Part shown: piece by piece, positions 1-17,810 of the stretch | How the letters are laid out: every line of letters starts with the position of its first letter | Position numbering within the stretch: position 1 is the first letter of the stretch | Assembly (NCBI RefSeq): GCF_009914755.1 | Contig: NC_060926.1 | Origin: the human T2T-CHM13v2.0 reference genome, Homo sapiens | Strand: one strand, 5' to 3' | DNA length: 64,000 nucleotides | Translations under genes and position numbers: made by a program | The notes under the pieces: generated by a model | What the model saw: only the letters and a program-made list of their open reading frames with translations | Databases searched by the model: none | What the model was told of the DNA's origin: nothing

Positions 1-1258
1 TCACACCAAGCCAGATCCTGCTAAGCACTCTCAAGAGAATTGGAAAATCACCCCTACAGGTGACCTTTAGATGGTATTTCTTCAAAGTAGACACTTTTCC
101 CAAGATCACAGATCAAGAAAGTTTACTTCCACCTATGTTGTCCCTGTTTTAGGACTCTGTATTACTCTACCTTTAAAAACTTTTTTTTTTTTTTCTTAAA
201 AAACCTCTTCTTTTTTTGGTTGACAATTTTTTTTCCTGTCTGTTGATGGCCTGTTAAAAAGCTGACTAGGGACTTTCTCAGTCTATTCTATTCTCTCTCT
301 AACCCTCCACTATAAATGCTTTTTTTCAAATTGTATCTTGCTCTAATTAACACTTACCAACAGGTTGGACACAGACCTGGCACCGTTTTACATTAGCCTT
401 TCAAACCCTCACTATGATAATTAATCAATCTGATCACTGGTTAAGCAACATCTAGGTTATTCAAAAGAACGTGAACGTGTTTCTGCCATTATAATTGTCT
501 GGTAGATAAAGTCCAGAAAATAGACGTATGACAAGAGAAAACAGTGTCATGCTATTGTCCTTTAGGTAAATCAATTAGACACAGAGAAATCTTTATGAGA
601 GCTCCAGGACTGTCTCTGCTCTGATAAAGTCATTAAAATATTTTTTCCTTCTACATTAAAGCAGAAATTATGCTGGACTTTTTCTTAGGTAACACACCAA
701 TGAGGTATTGCAATCAAACCCTGTGCTTTGATTCCATCATTGACATTCACAAATGTCACAAATCTCACAAAGGTCAAAAACAGTCCTGATCTGACTCTCA
801 TGATATAAACATTTGCCAAATCACCAGATCTTACAAAGGGCTCCCAAGTCAGAAGAAGCTTCCTTCCTTCCTTTATGAGGCCAGCAGATGCCAAAGATCA
901 CATGTGGATAGATTAGAATTCTGGACTAACTTGGCCAGGTTACAAAATTAAGTCCTATAACTGCCAAAACAAAACTAAAGGCCTTCTCTATCAGATTTAG
1001 CAACCCGTTCTGTTCCTATGGACTGAGAGAGACGCGTGGAGGATAAAGATGCACAGATGCCGCTATGACGGAAGACAAGGCACAGCAACAAACCCCAACT
1101 TGGGAATCACAAGTTCCACTCTGACCTTGTTTATAAACAATTCTGGTCCTTTTATCTTTGGTGATAAGGTGTATAAAAGAGCCCCACCTAGATGACTGGA
1201 GCAATGTGGATGCAGATACCTAACACCTCTGTCATCTGGTACTCTAAATGCTAGAGCA
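1..1258 (+). mobile_element. Degenerate ERV internal (pol 3' end/env-like) remnant
   Basis: Broken + frames give env-like text near 1150-1230 (..GDKVYKRAPPR*LEQCGCRYLTP..); heavily decayed, family not assigned. Confidence 0.4.
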
Positions 1259-1518
1259 GTCACTGCACTCCAGCCTGGGCAACACAGTGAGATCCCCATT
1301 TCTTTAAAAAAAAAAAAAGGTAAGAAAAAGAAAAGATGTAGAACATCTCCTTCCCCACAGGGATCCCTCACACTGCCCTTTTTGGCCAAACCCACTTCTC
1401 TCCTGTTCCTCCTCTCCTTAACCCGTGGCCCACTAATCTGTTTTTTATTTCTAAAATTTTGTCACTTCAAGAGTACTATTTAAATTGAATCACACCATAT
1501 ATAACATTTTAGGACTAG

Positions 1519-2986
<1,468 letters not shown>

Positions 2987-3010
2987 TTTTTTTTTTTTTT
3001 TTTTTTTTTT

Positions 3011-3138
3011 TGGTGTCTTTAGTAGAGACGGGGTTTCACAGTGTTAGCCAGGATGGTCTCTGTCTCCTGACCTCGTGATCCACCTGCCTCGGCCTCCTAA
3101 AGTGCTGGGATTACAGGCGTGAGCCACCGTGCCCAGCC
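3011..3138 (-). mobile_element. AluS left monomer (continuation of 1520-1686)
   Basis: tttagtagagacggggtttc...gagccaccgtgcccagcc. Confidence 0.9.
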
Positions 3139-3968
3139 TAGGATTAGATTTTTAAACTCTGCATACTCTGTGAAAATTTGTCCAAGGTGTATATATCAGG
3201 AGTTCATTCCTCTGTTATTGAGTACTATTCTATGGGATGGATGTGCCACAGTGTGTTTAACCAGACACCTGTCAAAGGACGTTTGGGTTGTTTCTAGACT
3301 GGGGCTATTACAAATAAAGCTGCTATGAACATTTGTGTACAGGTTTTTGTGTGAATGTAAGTTTTTGTTTCTCTGAAATAAATAAGTGCCCAGGAGCACG
3401 ATTGCTAGTTATCAGCTTTTTTTATTTTAGTCATTCTAATAGGTGTGTGGGATATCTCTTTGTGTTAATTTTCATTTCCCTGCTGGCAAACAAAGTTCAA
3501 TATTTATGAATGTGGCTCTTGGCTATTTGTGTGTGTGTATATATACATATATATATATTCACCATTCAGAACCTTCATCTACTTTTTAATGGAATTTTTG
3601 TCTTTTTATTATTGAGTTGTAAGAGTTCTTTCTGTATTCTAGATACAAATCCCTCATCAGATACGTGCTTTTCTCCATTTTATGGGTTATCATTTCACTT
3701 TTCTTGATGATCTCATTGAAGCAAAAAAGTTTTTAATTTTGATGAAGTATATTTTTTCTTCTCTGCCATCTGTGTTTTAAGGCAAGGTCCAATTTATTTT
3801 TTTCTTCTGTTGCTGATACTTTTGGCATTACACCTAAGAAACCTCCGCCTAATCCAAGATCATGGACATTTACTCCTGTGTTTTCTTCTAAGAGTTTAGT
3901 GGTTTTAACTCTTACGTTTTATGTCTTTTATACATTTTGAGTTAGTTTTTGTATATGGAGTGAAGTAG

Positions 3969-4336
<368 letters not shown>

Positions 4337-4373
4337 TAAGACTATTCTTTCTCCATTGGATTGTTCTTGCATC

Positions 4374-4721
4374 TGATATGGTCTGGCTGTGTCCCCATCC
4401 AAATCGCATCTTGAATTGTAGCTCCTGTAATCTGCACGTGTTGTGGGAGGGACCCAGTGGGAGATGATTGAATCATGGGGTGGTTTCCCCCATACTGTTC
4501 TCATGGTAGTGAATAAGTGTCACGAGAGCTGATGGTTTTATAAAGCAAAGGCCCTCTCGCTTGGCTGTCATTCTCTCTTTTGCCTGCCACCAATGTAATA
4601 TGTGCCTTTCTGCTTCCGCCATGATCCACGTGAAACTCTGAGTCAATTAAACCTCTTTTTCTTTATAATTTACCCAGTCTTGGGTATGTCTTTATCAGCA
4701 GTGTGAAAACAGATTAATACA
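4374..4721 (+). mobile_element. THE1 (MaLR) solo LTR
   Basis: tgatatggt...ttaataca ends; 5-bp TSD gcatc at 4369 and 4722. Confidence 0.9.
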
Positions 4722-5306
4722 GCATCCTTGTCAAAAATCAATTGACTGTGAATATGGCGAGTTGTTTCTGGACTCTTAATTATATTCTGTTGTTGTGATG
4801 TCTACACTTTTGCTAATACCACTTTTACTGTATTGATTACTGTAGCTTTGTACTAAGTTTTGAAAGTAGGAAATGTGAGCTCTCTACTTTTGTCCTTCTT
4901 TTTCAAGATCTAAATCATTTGGGCCATTCTGGGTCCTTTGCATGTCCACTTGAATTTTAGGGTCAGGTCGTGAATTTCTCCAAAATTGCCATTTCCCATT
5001 GGGGTTTGCTAGGGATTGCATTCCTCTGTAGATAAATTTGAGAAATATAGCATTCTTAATATTAGGTTTTCCAATCCATAACCATGGATTCCTTTCTATC
5101 TATTTAGGAGTTTTTAAATTTCTTTCAACAGTGTTTTGTAGTTTTCAGTGTACAAATCTTGCAGTTTTTAATTGAATTTACTCCTATGTTTTTCTTTTTG
5201 ATGTTATGTACATGAAATTGTTTTTCTTAATTGTACTTTTGGATTGTTTACTACTAATATTTAGCCAGCAATCACTTTTAATAGGCCTTTGATGAAAATC
5301 ATTTGC

Positions 5307-5600
5307 TTTTTTTTTTTTTCTGACAGGGTCTCACTGCCACCCAGGCTGGAGTGCAGTGGTATAGTCACAGCTTACTGCAGCCTTGACTTCTTGGGTTCAA
5401 GCAGTCCTCCCACCTCAGCTCCCAGAATAGATGGGAATATAGGCATGTGCCATGATGCTCAGCTAATTTTTTAATTTTTTGTAGAGATGGGGGTCTCACT
5501 ATATTGCCCAAGCTGGTCTCAAACTCCTGGCCTCAAGCAATCCTCCTGCCTCGGCCTCTCAAAGTTCTGGGATTACAGGCTTGAACCACTACACCTTGCC
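5307..5600 (-). mobile_element. AluJ
   Basis: Diverged dimeric Alu. Confidence 0.88.
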
Positions 5601-6318
5601 AACATTTGGTGCAATTGCAAATTTAATTAAGGAGATATCTTCCAACATTCTAAACTGCCTTTATAAGTTTAATATACTCATTTTCCTTTTTAATTATGTC
5701 AGTGATCTGACAATAAATTGGTTTTCAGTCTCTTAAATGAGCCTTTGTATCAGTAAGTTAAATTTGAAATATGATGAACTTTATATTCTCTTAAATGTTC
5801 CAACAGTTTGTTAACTTAGATTTCAACCTGAAACCACAAGTCTAAAGTAACTATGCAATTACACACCAGAGTCTAGGTCCCAAATCTCTAATGTATTATC
5901 TGCAGAAAATTCCAAATGTGCAGACTTCTTAACACTGAGACATTAACACCTAAATTTTCCTGAACCCATGCAAATCCTTCTGAGATTGGCATGTGTGTGC
6001 CTACCGGGAAGGGCAGTTGCTATCCCAGTTGCCTGCAGAACTTGTTGGCAGTTTCACTCACCTAAGGAATAATCTAAAAGTCTTAATCAGTAATTGTAGC
6101 TGGTTCAAGCAAATGGACTTACACAAAAAAGTATTTACATAAATGCAAGCCCAAGTTTCTCATTACGTTTTTTAAAAAGCCTTTATTTTGATGTTTCATA
6201 TCAATTTCACCTTTAATGCCTCCCAATACCTTTAAAATTATTTTTATCATAGTTAAATGTATACAGAAAGGTAATGTGATGATTTTTTTCACTAAGTCCG
6301 TACTTTATTCCATTGTGC

Positions 6319-6896
6319 AAAAAAAAAAAATTATTATTTTCTATGCATTCCATGATGTGTAAAAAGATTGGGAAGTAAAATATAAGAAGGTTCTACTGTG
6401 CCAGGCTCTTGGTCCACATTTCCTTATTTAATTCTCACAACAGAAGGCAAAAAGGTGAGTGAATGGCCCAGGACAAGTCTCTGACTCCTAACCAGCTGGC
6501 TCTCAAGAGATACTTGCCAAAGGAAGAAATGGCCTATGTATACCATTCACACTTTAGTATGAATTTATTCCTACAGTATTATTTCCACTCTGCATCTGAA
6601 ATGAAAGACAAGTGTTTCATGTAAGCTGCACCAGTAAGAGATGCCTAAGAGGCTGGCTGGTTTTTGCTGTGCAAGTGGTTCGACGTGGGGCTGCAGAATA
6701 CTCTGGCCTAATTCAGAGCTGAGAACACAGACACCGTGGGCCCAGGAGTCCACCTGCCTTGAGTGTTGTGACTGCACTTGGGCAGGAGTGGAGCCAAAAA
6801 ATAAAAACAGAAGCAGCCTTGGCACATAGTAGAACCTTCTTATATTTTATTTACTTCCCAACCTTTTACATGTCATGAAATGCATAGAATACAATA

Positions 6897-6935
<39 letters not shown>
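6319..6935. repeat. ~90-bp imperfect inverted repeat (arms 6319-6407 and 6816-6935)
   Basis: ttctatgcattccatgatgtgtaaaaagattgggaagtaaaatataagaaggttctactgtgccaggc vs reverse complement of right arm ttctatgcatttcatgacatgtaaaaggttgggaagtaaataaaatataagaaggttctactatgtgccaaggc. Confidence 0.85.
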
Positions 6936-6936
<1 letters not shown>

Positions 6937-8275
6937 GCAGAGAGTGGTTCCCCAAGGTGGATGCTATTCGGGGAAATCTTGCTGATCTTGCCCTCTTCCC
7001 AAATGCATGGGAAATATTACCCATTTGTCACACAAGCTGTCTGAGGACGCAGTAGCCTGTGAGGTCAGGGGAAGAGCCCTGGCTCCTCTGAACCTTCCTC
7101 TTGGTAGCACAGGCCATGGCACTTCGGCATGTCAGATCTAAGCCAGAATGCAACCTCCTCAGTCACCCACCCTGTGAGCTGTGGGCTGGCAGCCTGACCT
7201 CTCTGAGCCCAGGCGGGTGAGGAACCCTGCCCAGGTCCGTGGGGGGGTGGAAGGACCAGATGTCATGTGCCTGGCACATCCTGAGTCCCACTTCATGTCC
7301 TTTCCCTCACCCTCCGTGTTCCCTCAGCTGAGCTGGGCCCAAATCTTCATCCCAGGGAAATGGGACCCAGTGACCAACTGGGCTGTGCTACTGCAGGCAC
7401 CTTTGAAATGAGCCCAGGGGAAGCAGTAAGAAAGCAGCAGGCTATGCTTGGAGAAGCGCCCGTCCTGTCCACCATCGCTCCACCTTTCTCCATCACTCCT
7501 TACCTGACCTACCCCAACACAGGTGGCCAGAGGCAGGAGGGCTCCCCAACAGCTCCTACAGGTGTTCCCTGCAGCTTCCAGCCAATTCTCACAGAGCGAC
7601 AGCTGTTCTTCTGGCCTTTGCTTGGGGTCTGAGCCCAAGCACATGTATCCACATGTGCGAGTTCAGGCTGAGCTCCCACGGTGGGCAGCACCTTTTGTGT
7701 GTGTGCCTGTGCATGTGTGCACACATATGTGTGAACTGTGCAGGCTGTAATTTCCAAAACCAAATTTGGCTTTTTTTGATTTGTAAGTTATTTACATCAA
7801 CGAATTTTAAAGAAGCATAAAATGAAATTAAGTTAAAGTTTTAGTGGATCACCTCTGAAAAAGAAAAACTTTCATTCTGTGAAATTGGATTTCTAGAAAA
7901 TTCCAGGATTCCCCACAGTTAAAGGCACAAGGCAGGGACAAATTCTGGCCATGTCACATGCAGGGGGCATGGGTAGTAAGAGTGGGAAATGGGGTTCGGG
8001 GCTCAGTTCCCCAGCACCTTGCTCTTCCTTTTTCTGACTCTCCTGGTTTGTCTTTTCTGGTGTCTGTGAGCCCCTCAAGGGCAGAGGCCATTTCTCATTC
8101 ATCCTAGCATCCAGTACCCAGGGCCCAGCCTGTCATGAGGAGGTGCCCAGCAATCTGAGCGTATTTAAGACTGGGTCCTGATTCTGTCTTTTGTCCCCTC
8201 CTTGGGTTCCCAAACTCTCTGTATTCTGCTCCTTCACATTTAAATTGACCCCCAAACAGGATCTCCCAGCCTCCT

Positions 8276-8358
8276 TGGAGATGTGGGCTCCATGCAGGGA
8301 TGACAGAGGCTGGGGTCTGGAGCCTTCCCCCAGTGCCACCGAGCTGGAGCCTGCTGAG
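8276..8358 (-). ncRNA. MIR4267: miR-4267 precursor-like sequence
   Basis: Reverse complement CTCAGCAGGCTCCAGCTCGGTGGCACTG...GGAGCCCACATCTCCA matches recalled MIR4267; ~14 kb downstream of the MALL 3' end as recalled; a low-confidence miRNA annotation. Confidence 0.65.
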
Positions 8359-9414
8359 TTTGCAAGTCATCACGGAGAATCCTCGGATCCTTTGGAGATA
8401 CCACCCCTGGGCCTACTCTGGGTTCTGAGATGGCAGCCCTAGTGCCAACCTCATCCAGAAGTCATCACTCCCTGGGGGACTGTGAGGGTGTCATCGAATA
8501 TCTGCCAATCTGCTGACAAGTAGACATCCCAATGGCCATGGAGAAAACATCCGTGCAAGGGCTTTGATCCTCCGAGGCTCCATGAGAACACTGCTATTAT
8601 AATAGTTACTAAGCCTAATAAAAAGTATAATGATAGAATATATATCACGATGTTGACCCAAAATGGCAATGTTTAGTTCTTAGGGAATTCAAAGTACACA
8701 AAGTCCTTGAGAAGGACACAGCTCTCAAAGAGACTCAGGTCACCTCCCTGCAGTCGTCACCCTCCCCGGTAGCCAGTGCAGGCACAAGGATCTGCCACTC
8801 CCTGCTTAAACCCTACCCCCTTCCAGAGCTCCCCATTCCCTGTGGGAAGTCACAGGAACACCCAATCCTTGTGAGCCAGACCTTGGCCCAGACTCTCGCC
8901 AGTCACCAGCCAGCTGGCTGCTGCTGTTCCGGTGCCCTTCCTCATGCTGTTCCCAGCGGACTCTCCCCACAGGCTGCCCTTCATCCTCCAGAGCTCCACC
9001 AGGGTGATCGTAGACCAGAAGGGTCCAGGTGCTTGACCAGCAATCATTCTAGTAACTTTTGGGAGGTCACACTTTCTAGGAGGCCTCTAGTAAGTCCCTC
9101 CCCTCCACTTCCAGCTGGGGCCGGTGACCCCTCACCCTAAGACGTGAGGCCTCTAGATCTGTCTTATTCTGCTCCCAGCCTTCCAGGTTCTGGAGAGCAG
9201 GAGGCCCTGGCCCAGGAACAGGCACCCAGCAGATGCTCAGCAGCCATGTGTGCAACAGAACTAAATCTTCCAGCTTTGGCTGAAAGCAAACATCATGGCT
9301 GTCTCAGCAGGCACGTGCTCCCAGGGTTGTGTCCTTCCTGGAAGATCTCAGCTTCTCCCACATCTGTGTCTCCTGAATCCACACCAAAGGAGCCTCGTTC
9401 AGAAGGGACCCCAG

Positions 9415-9712
9415 GACAGGGCACGGACACCTGTAATCCCAGCACTTTGAGTGGCCAAGGCAGGCAGATGGTTGAGCCCAGGAGTTTGAGACTAGCCTGG
9501 GCAACATGGCCAAATCTGTCTCCACAAAAAACGAAAAATTAGCAAGGTGGGTGGTGCACACCTGTAGTCCCAACTACTTGGGAGGCTGAGGTGGGAGGAT
9601 CACTTGAGCCTCACAGGCCAAGGCTGCAGTGAGCTATGATCTAGCCACTGCACACCAGCCGCTGCAACAGAGTGAGACCCTGTCTGAAAAAATAAATAAA
9701 TAAAAAATAAAA
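9415..9712 (+). mobile_element. AluJ
   Basis: Dimeric Alu with A-rich tail. Confidence 0.88.
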
Positions 9713-10199
9713 GGAAGGAGCCCTGGGTTTGATTCGGGCCTCACGATGTGCCCTCTCACTGCACGAAAGTGGCCCAGGGGCACACTCTGCCCCTCTCTAG
9801 GAGGTGGTAGTGACCTGGGAGGGCCTTGGAGCGGATCTTTGTGTCCCTCAGTACATGGAGAAGTAAACTGAGGCACAGAGAGACGGGCATGTGTCCCAGA
9901 TGGTGGGAGCCAGTGCTCGCTGGGGCAGCCCCTCCTTGGACCCAGCGGCAGAATTTCAGCAGCAGGTGGGGCCAAATAATCGGGTCCAGGGTGAGAGAAA
10001 CACCTGTGTAAATTTGTCTTATAGGGCCCTGGAGAGGAAGGGTAGGAGCTGGGGCAGGTCAAGGTGCCCCTGGAAGCTTCTAGAGACCTGGATACACACC
10101 AGACAGCAGCGGCTGATGAAGGAAACAGGTGGGCTTTTAACAAAGTGTGGACAGTCACGATTCTTTCCCTGTAGCCCTGGGACCCCAATGTCCTTAGCC

Positions 10200-14270
<4,071 letters not shown>

Positions 14271-14477
14271 GGGCCTTAACTCTGCAGTGAGTAATAGCTC
14301 CACGATCTTAATGTAAAAGCGGCAGGATTGTTTCCTCTCATGGCTGAGGGAATGTCACCGGGTAGGTTCCTGCCAGGTGTGATGATGCAAATCAGTAATG
14401 ATCCTTCATAGGCTTTCAAACCTACTTCAGGCATACTTGCACATGTACCTCTCACCTGCACCTTGGCATAACCTTAC

Positions 14478-14846
14478 CGTCTTGGACAGCTTGGGCCATC
14501 ATAACAAAACACCAGATGACTTAAACAACAACATTTTATTTCTCACAGTTCTGCAGGCTAGAAGTCCAGGATCAAAGTGCCAGGGGATTCCATTCCTGGT
14601 GAGGGCTCTGTCCCTGGCTTGCAGGTGGCAGCCTTGTCACTGTGTCCTCACATGGCAGAGAGTGCGAGTTCTCTTCCTTTTCTTTTAAGGACACTGGCCC
14701 TATTGAATGAGGGTCCCATCATTATGACCTCACTTAAACTTAATTGTCTCCTAAAAACTCTGTCTCCAAATACAGTTGCATTGGGGGTTAGGGCTTCAAC
14801 ATATGAATTTGGGGGCTGGCGGCGGGGACACAATTCAGTCCATAAC
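14478..14846 (-). mobile_element. MLT1 (MaLR) LTR
   Basis: tttatttctcacagttctg..ggctagaagtcc..ggggacacaattcagtccataac. Confidence 0.8.
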
Positions 14847-14849
14847 CCC

Positions 14850-15056
14850 CACCTTGACATAACTACAACTTAACATGATGGCGCCTTGACATAACTACCT
14901 CTTGCCATATCTAAACCTTGAAGTGAATGCACCTTGATGTTGCTACACCTTGTTGTAATTACACCTAACCTAACTGCACCTTGACTTAACCTAACCTTGG
15001 AATAACCCCTTGACAGGATGGCATTAGCCACCCTGATGTAACTACACCTTGACATA
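14850..15056. repeat. Degenerate ~15-16-bp minisatellite (taactacaccttgaca)n
   Basis: Recurring caccttgac/taactac units. Confidence 0.7.
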
Positions 15057-15296
15057 CGGTGTAGGAATCCTTACGCATCCCAATTTATGAACAAAAATTT
15101 GAGTCTTTCAGCAGTGGCATGACTTTCCTGAGTTGGCAAAGCCAGAAAGAAGCAGAAGGGGCCTCCTTCATGTTCTCCTTCCTGCTTCCCTGATCTCTAA
15201 ATTTGGAGCCTGGGTCAGGTAGCTTGTGGGAGTTGACCCTGAGAGAGTCATTCCCCATGCTCCCTTCTTCCTAAAAGTGACAGCATGTTTCTGAGA

Positions 15297-16237
15297 TGTA
15301 AATCCTGTCTCCTTCCTACTGCTGCTCTCAATGCTTCACTTCTGATACCAGAAGTGCGGGCATTTTCCCCACACCAACCACTTCTCCAATTCTTGGAACA
15401 CCAATTAGGTGTCCTATAATTTAACTCAGTTCTGATACTATCTACCTGGAGTTAGCATCAGATCCCACACATTACAGGCTCAGTCCCACAAGACCACTCC
15501 CATTTCAGATGCCAAATTCTAGTCCAGGTTGGCACCTGTGCTTCTGACCAACTATAAACTTGAGGTTTCCACAACCCCCTCTTTATACTGGATAGTTTGC
15601 TAGAATGGCCCAGAGAACTCATGGGAACAGTTTAGTTATAAATGATACAACTCAGGGATGCAAAGACATAAGAATGACGGGTGCATCAAAATCTCAGAAC
15701 TCACCGCTATAGCACTTGTCCACGCATCCAAATGCCGCCTGCTCCCCCTAGACTACTGACATAATAATAATAAAAAGGATAAAACTCAGGGACAGCCAGT
15801 GGAAGAGATGTATGGAGCCAGGTATGGGGAAGGGGCATGGAGCTTGCATGCCCTCTCCAGACACACCACCTTCCCATCACCTCCACATGTTCACCAACCC
15901 GGAAGCTCTCCCAACACCATCACTTTGGAGGTGTTCATCATGTTGGCATTTTTCAATGGAGGCTTCATTTTGTAGGCATGATTGATTAAATCACTGGCCA
16001 CTGGTGATTAACTCCATCCCCAGCTCCTCTCCCAAACCAGAAGTCGGCAGTCAGTAGGGCTGAGTATTTCAACCGTCTAATCACACAGTTGGTTTCCCTC
16101 ACAACCAGCACCATCCCGAGGCCACCCAGGAGCCCCCACCCTCCTAGTCATCTCGTTAGTTACAAAAAGCCATATATCACTTTGGAGATCCCAAGGGTTT
16201 TAGGAGCTCCATTTCTTATTATATGTCACAATGTCAG
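15297..16237 (-). mobile_element. MER21-like LTR with small L1 3' fragment inserted (~15655-15775)
   Basis: cacttctgataccaga..gggctcagtcccacaagacc..atttcttattata motifs. Confidence 0.65.
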
Positions 16238-16506
16238 TCTTCACATAAGAAGCAAAGGCAGAGGAAGGAGATGCCCTGAGCAGAGCTGCTCCAGCCAGCT
16301 CCAGCTTCCTCCAGGGGGAAAGTGAAGACCCCTGCTCCATCTCACTCAAAGGCCACAGTTGCTACTCCTGGCCCCCAAATCCTGCTGCTTCTCCAGTTCA
16401 GCTCTGGCATTTTTAAAGCCATTGTTCTAGCAGTTCCCTCAGAACAGGTCCTCACACACAGGTCCTTGGGGCTCTGGGGGCACTTAACACATTTTTATCA
16501 GCACTA

Positions 16507-17240
<734 letters not shown>

Positions 17241-17775
17241 CCTACTAGTGCTGGGCCCAGAGCCAGGGGTGGCCTGGAATCAAGCTGGGCCCTTCGTCAG
17301 CTGGCCAGCCTTCCCTACAGCCAAGACATCCTTGGCTGTGCATGATTCATGGCCCTGTAGGGCCACCAAAGCTGGACCGGGTCCTGGCAGTGGCAGGCCA
17401 GTCTCTTCCTCTTTGTACAGATGGGAAGCTAGAGTGAAAGAAACTAATTCACCATAGTGCAGGCCAAGGAGAAAAGGAAAGAAGCAGAGAACATCCCTTT
17501 TCCCCTGAGATGTAGACCGTGGGTTGGGGGTGAGGACTAGGAGGGCTTAAGAGCCAGCCATGTCATCCGTCCCTGTAGCCCGGCTGTGGCTCTTGCAAGT
17601 CCCCATTCCTGTGAACAGTGTGAGCAGAGCACTCAGAGCTGAGGTTGGTGGGGTCAGGGGTGGGTGCTGGGCATAGGGAAGGGCAAAGATGATAAAAACA
17701 TCCAAGAACCAAATTCCTGCTCATGGAATCTCATAGTCTTGTGAGGGAGACCAGCACTGCATGAGTGGGTAACGC

Positions 17776-17810
17776 AGCACAGCACAGCACAGCACAGCAC
17801 AGCACAGCAC
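17776..17810. repeat. (CAGCA)n microsatellite
   Basis: cagcacagcacagcac... Confidence 0.9.

Noticed and set aside
14850-15056. CRISPR-like array
   Set aside because: Eukaryotic DNA; tandem degenerate units without unique spacers
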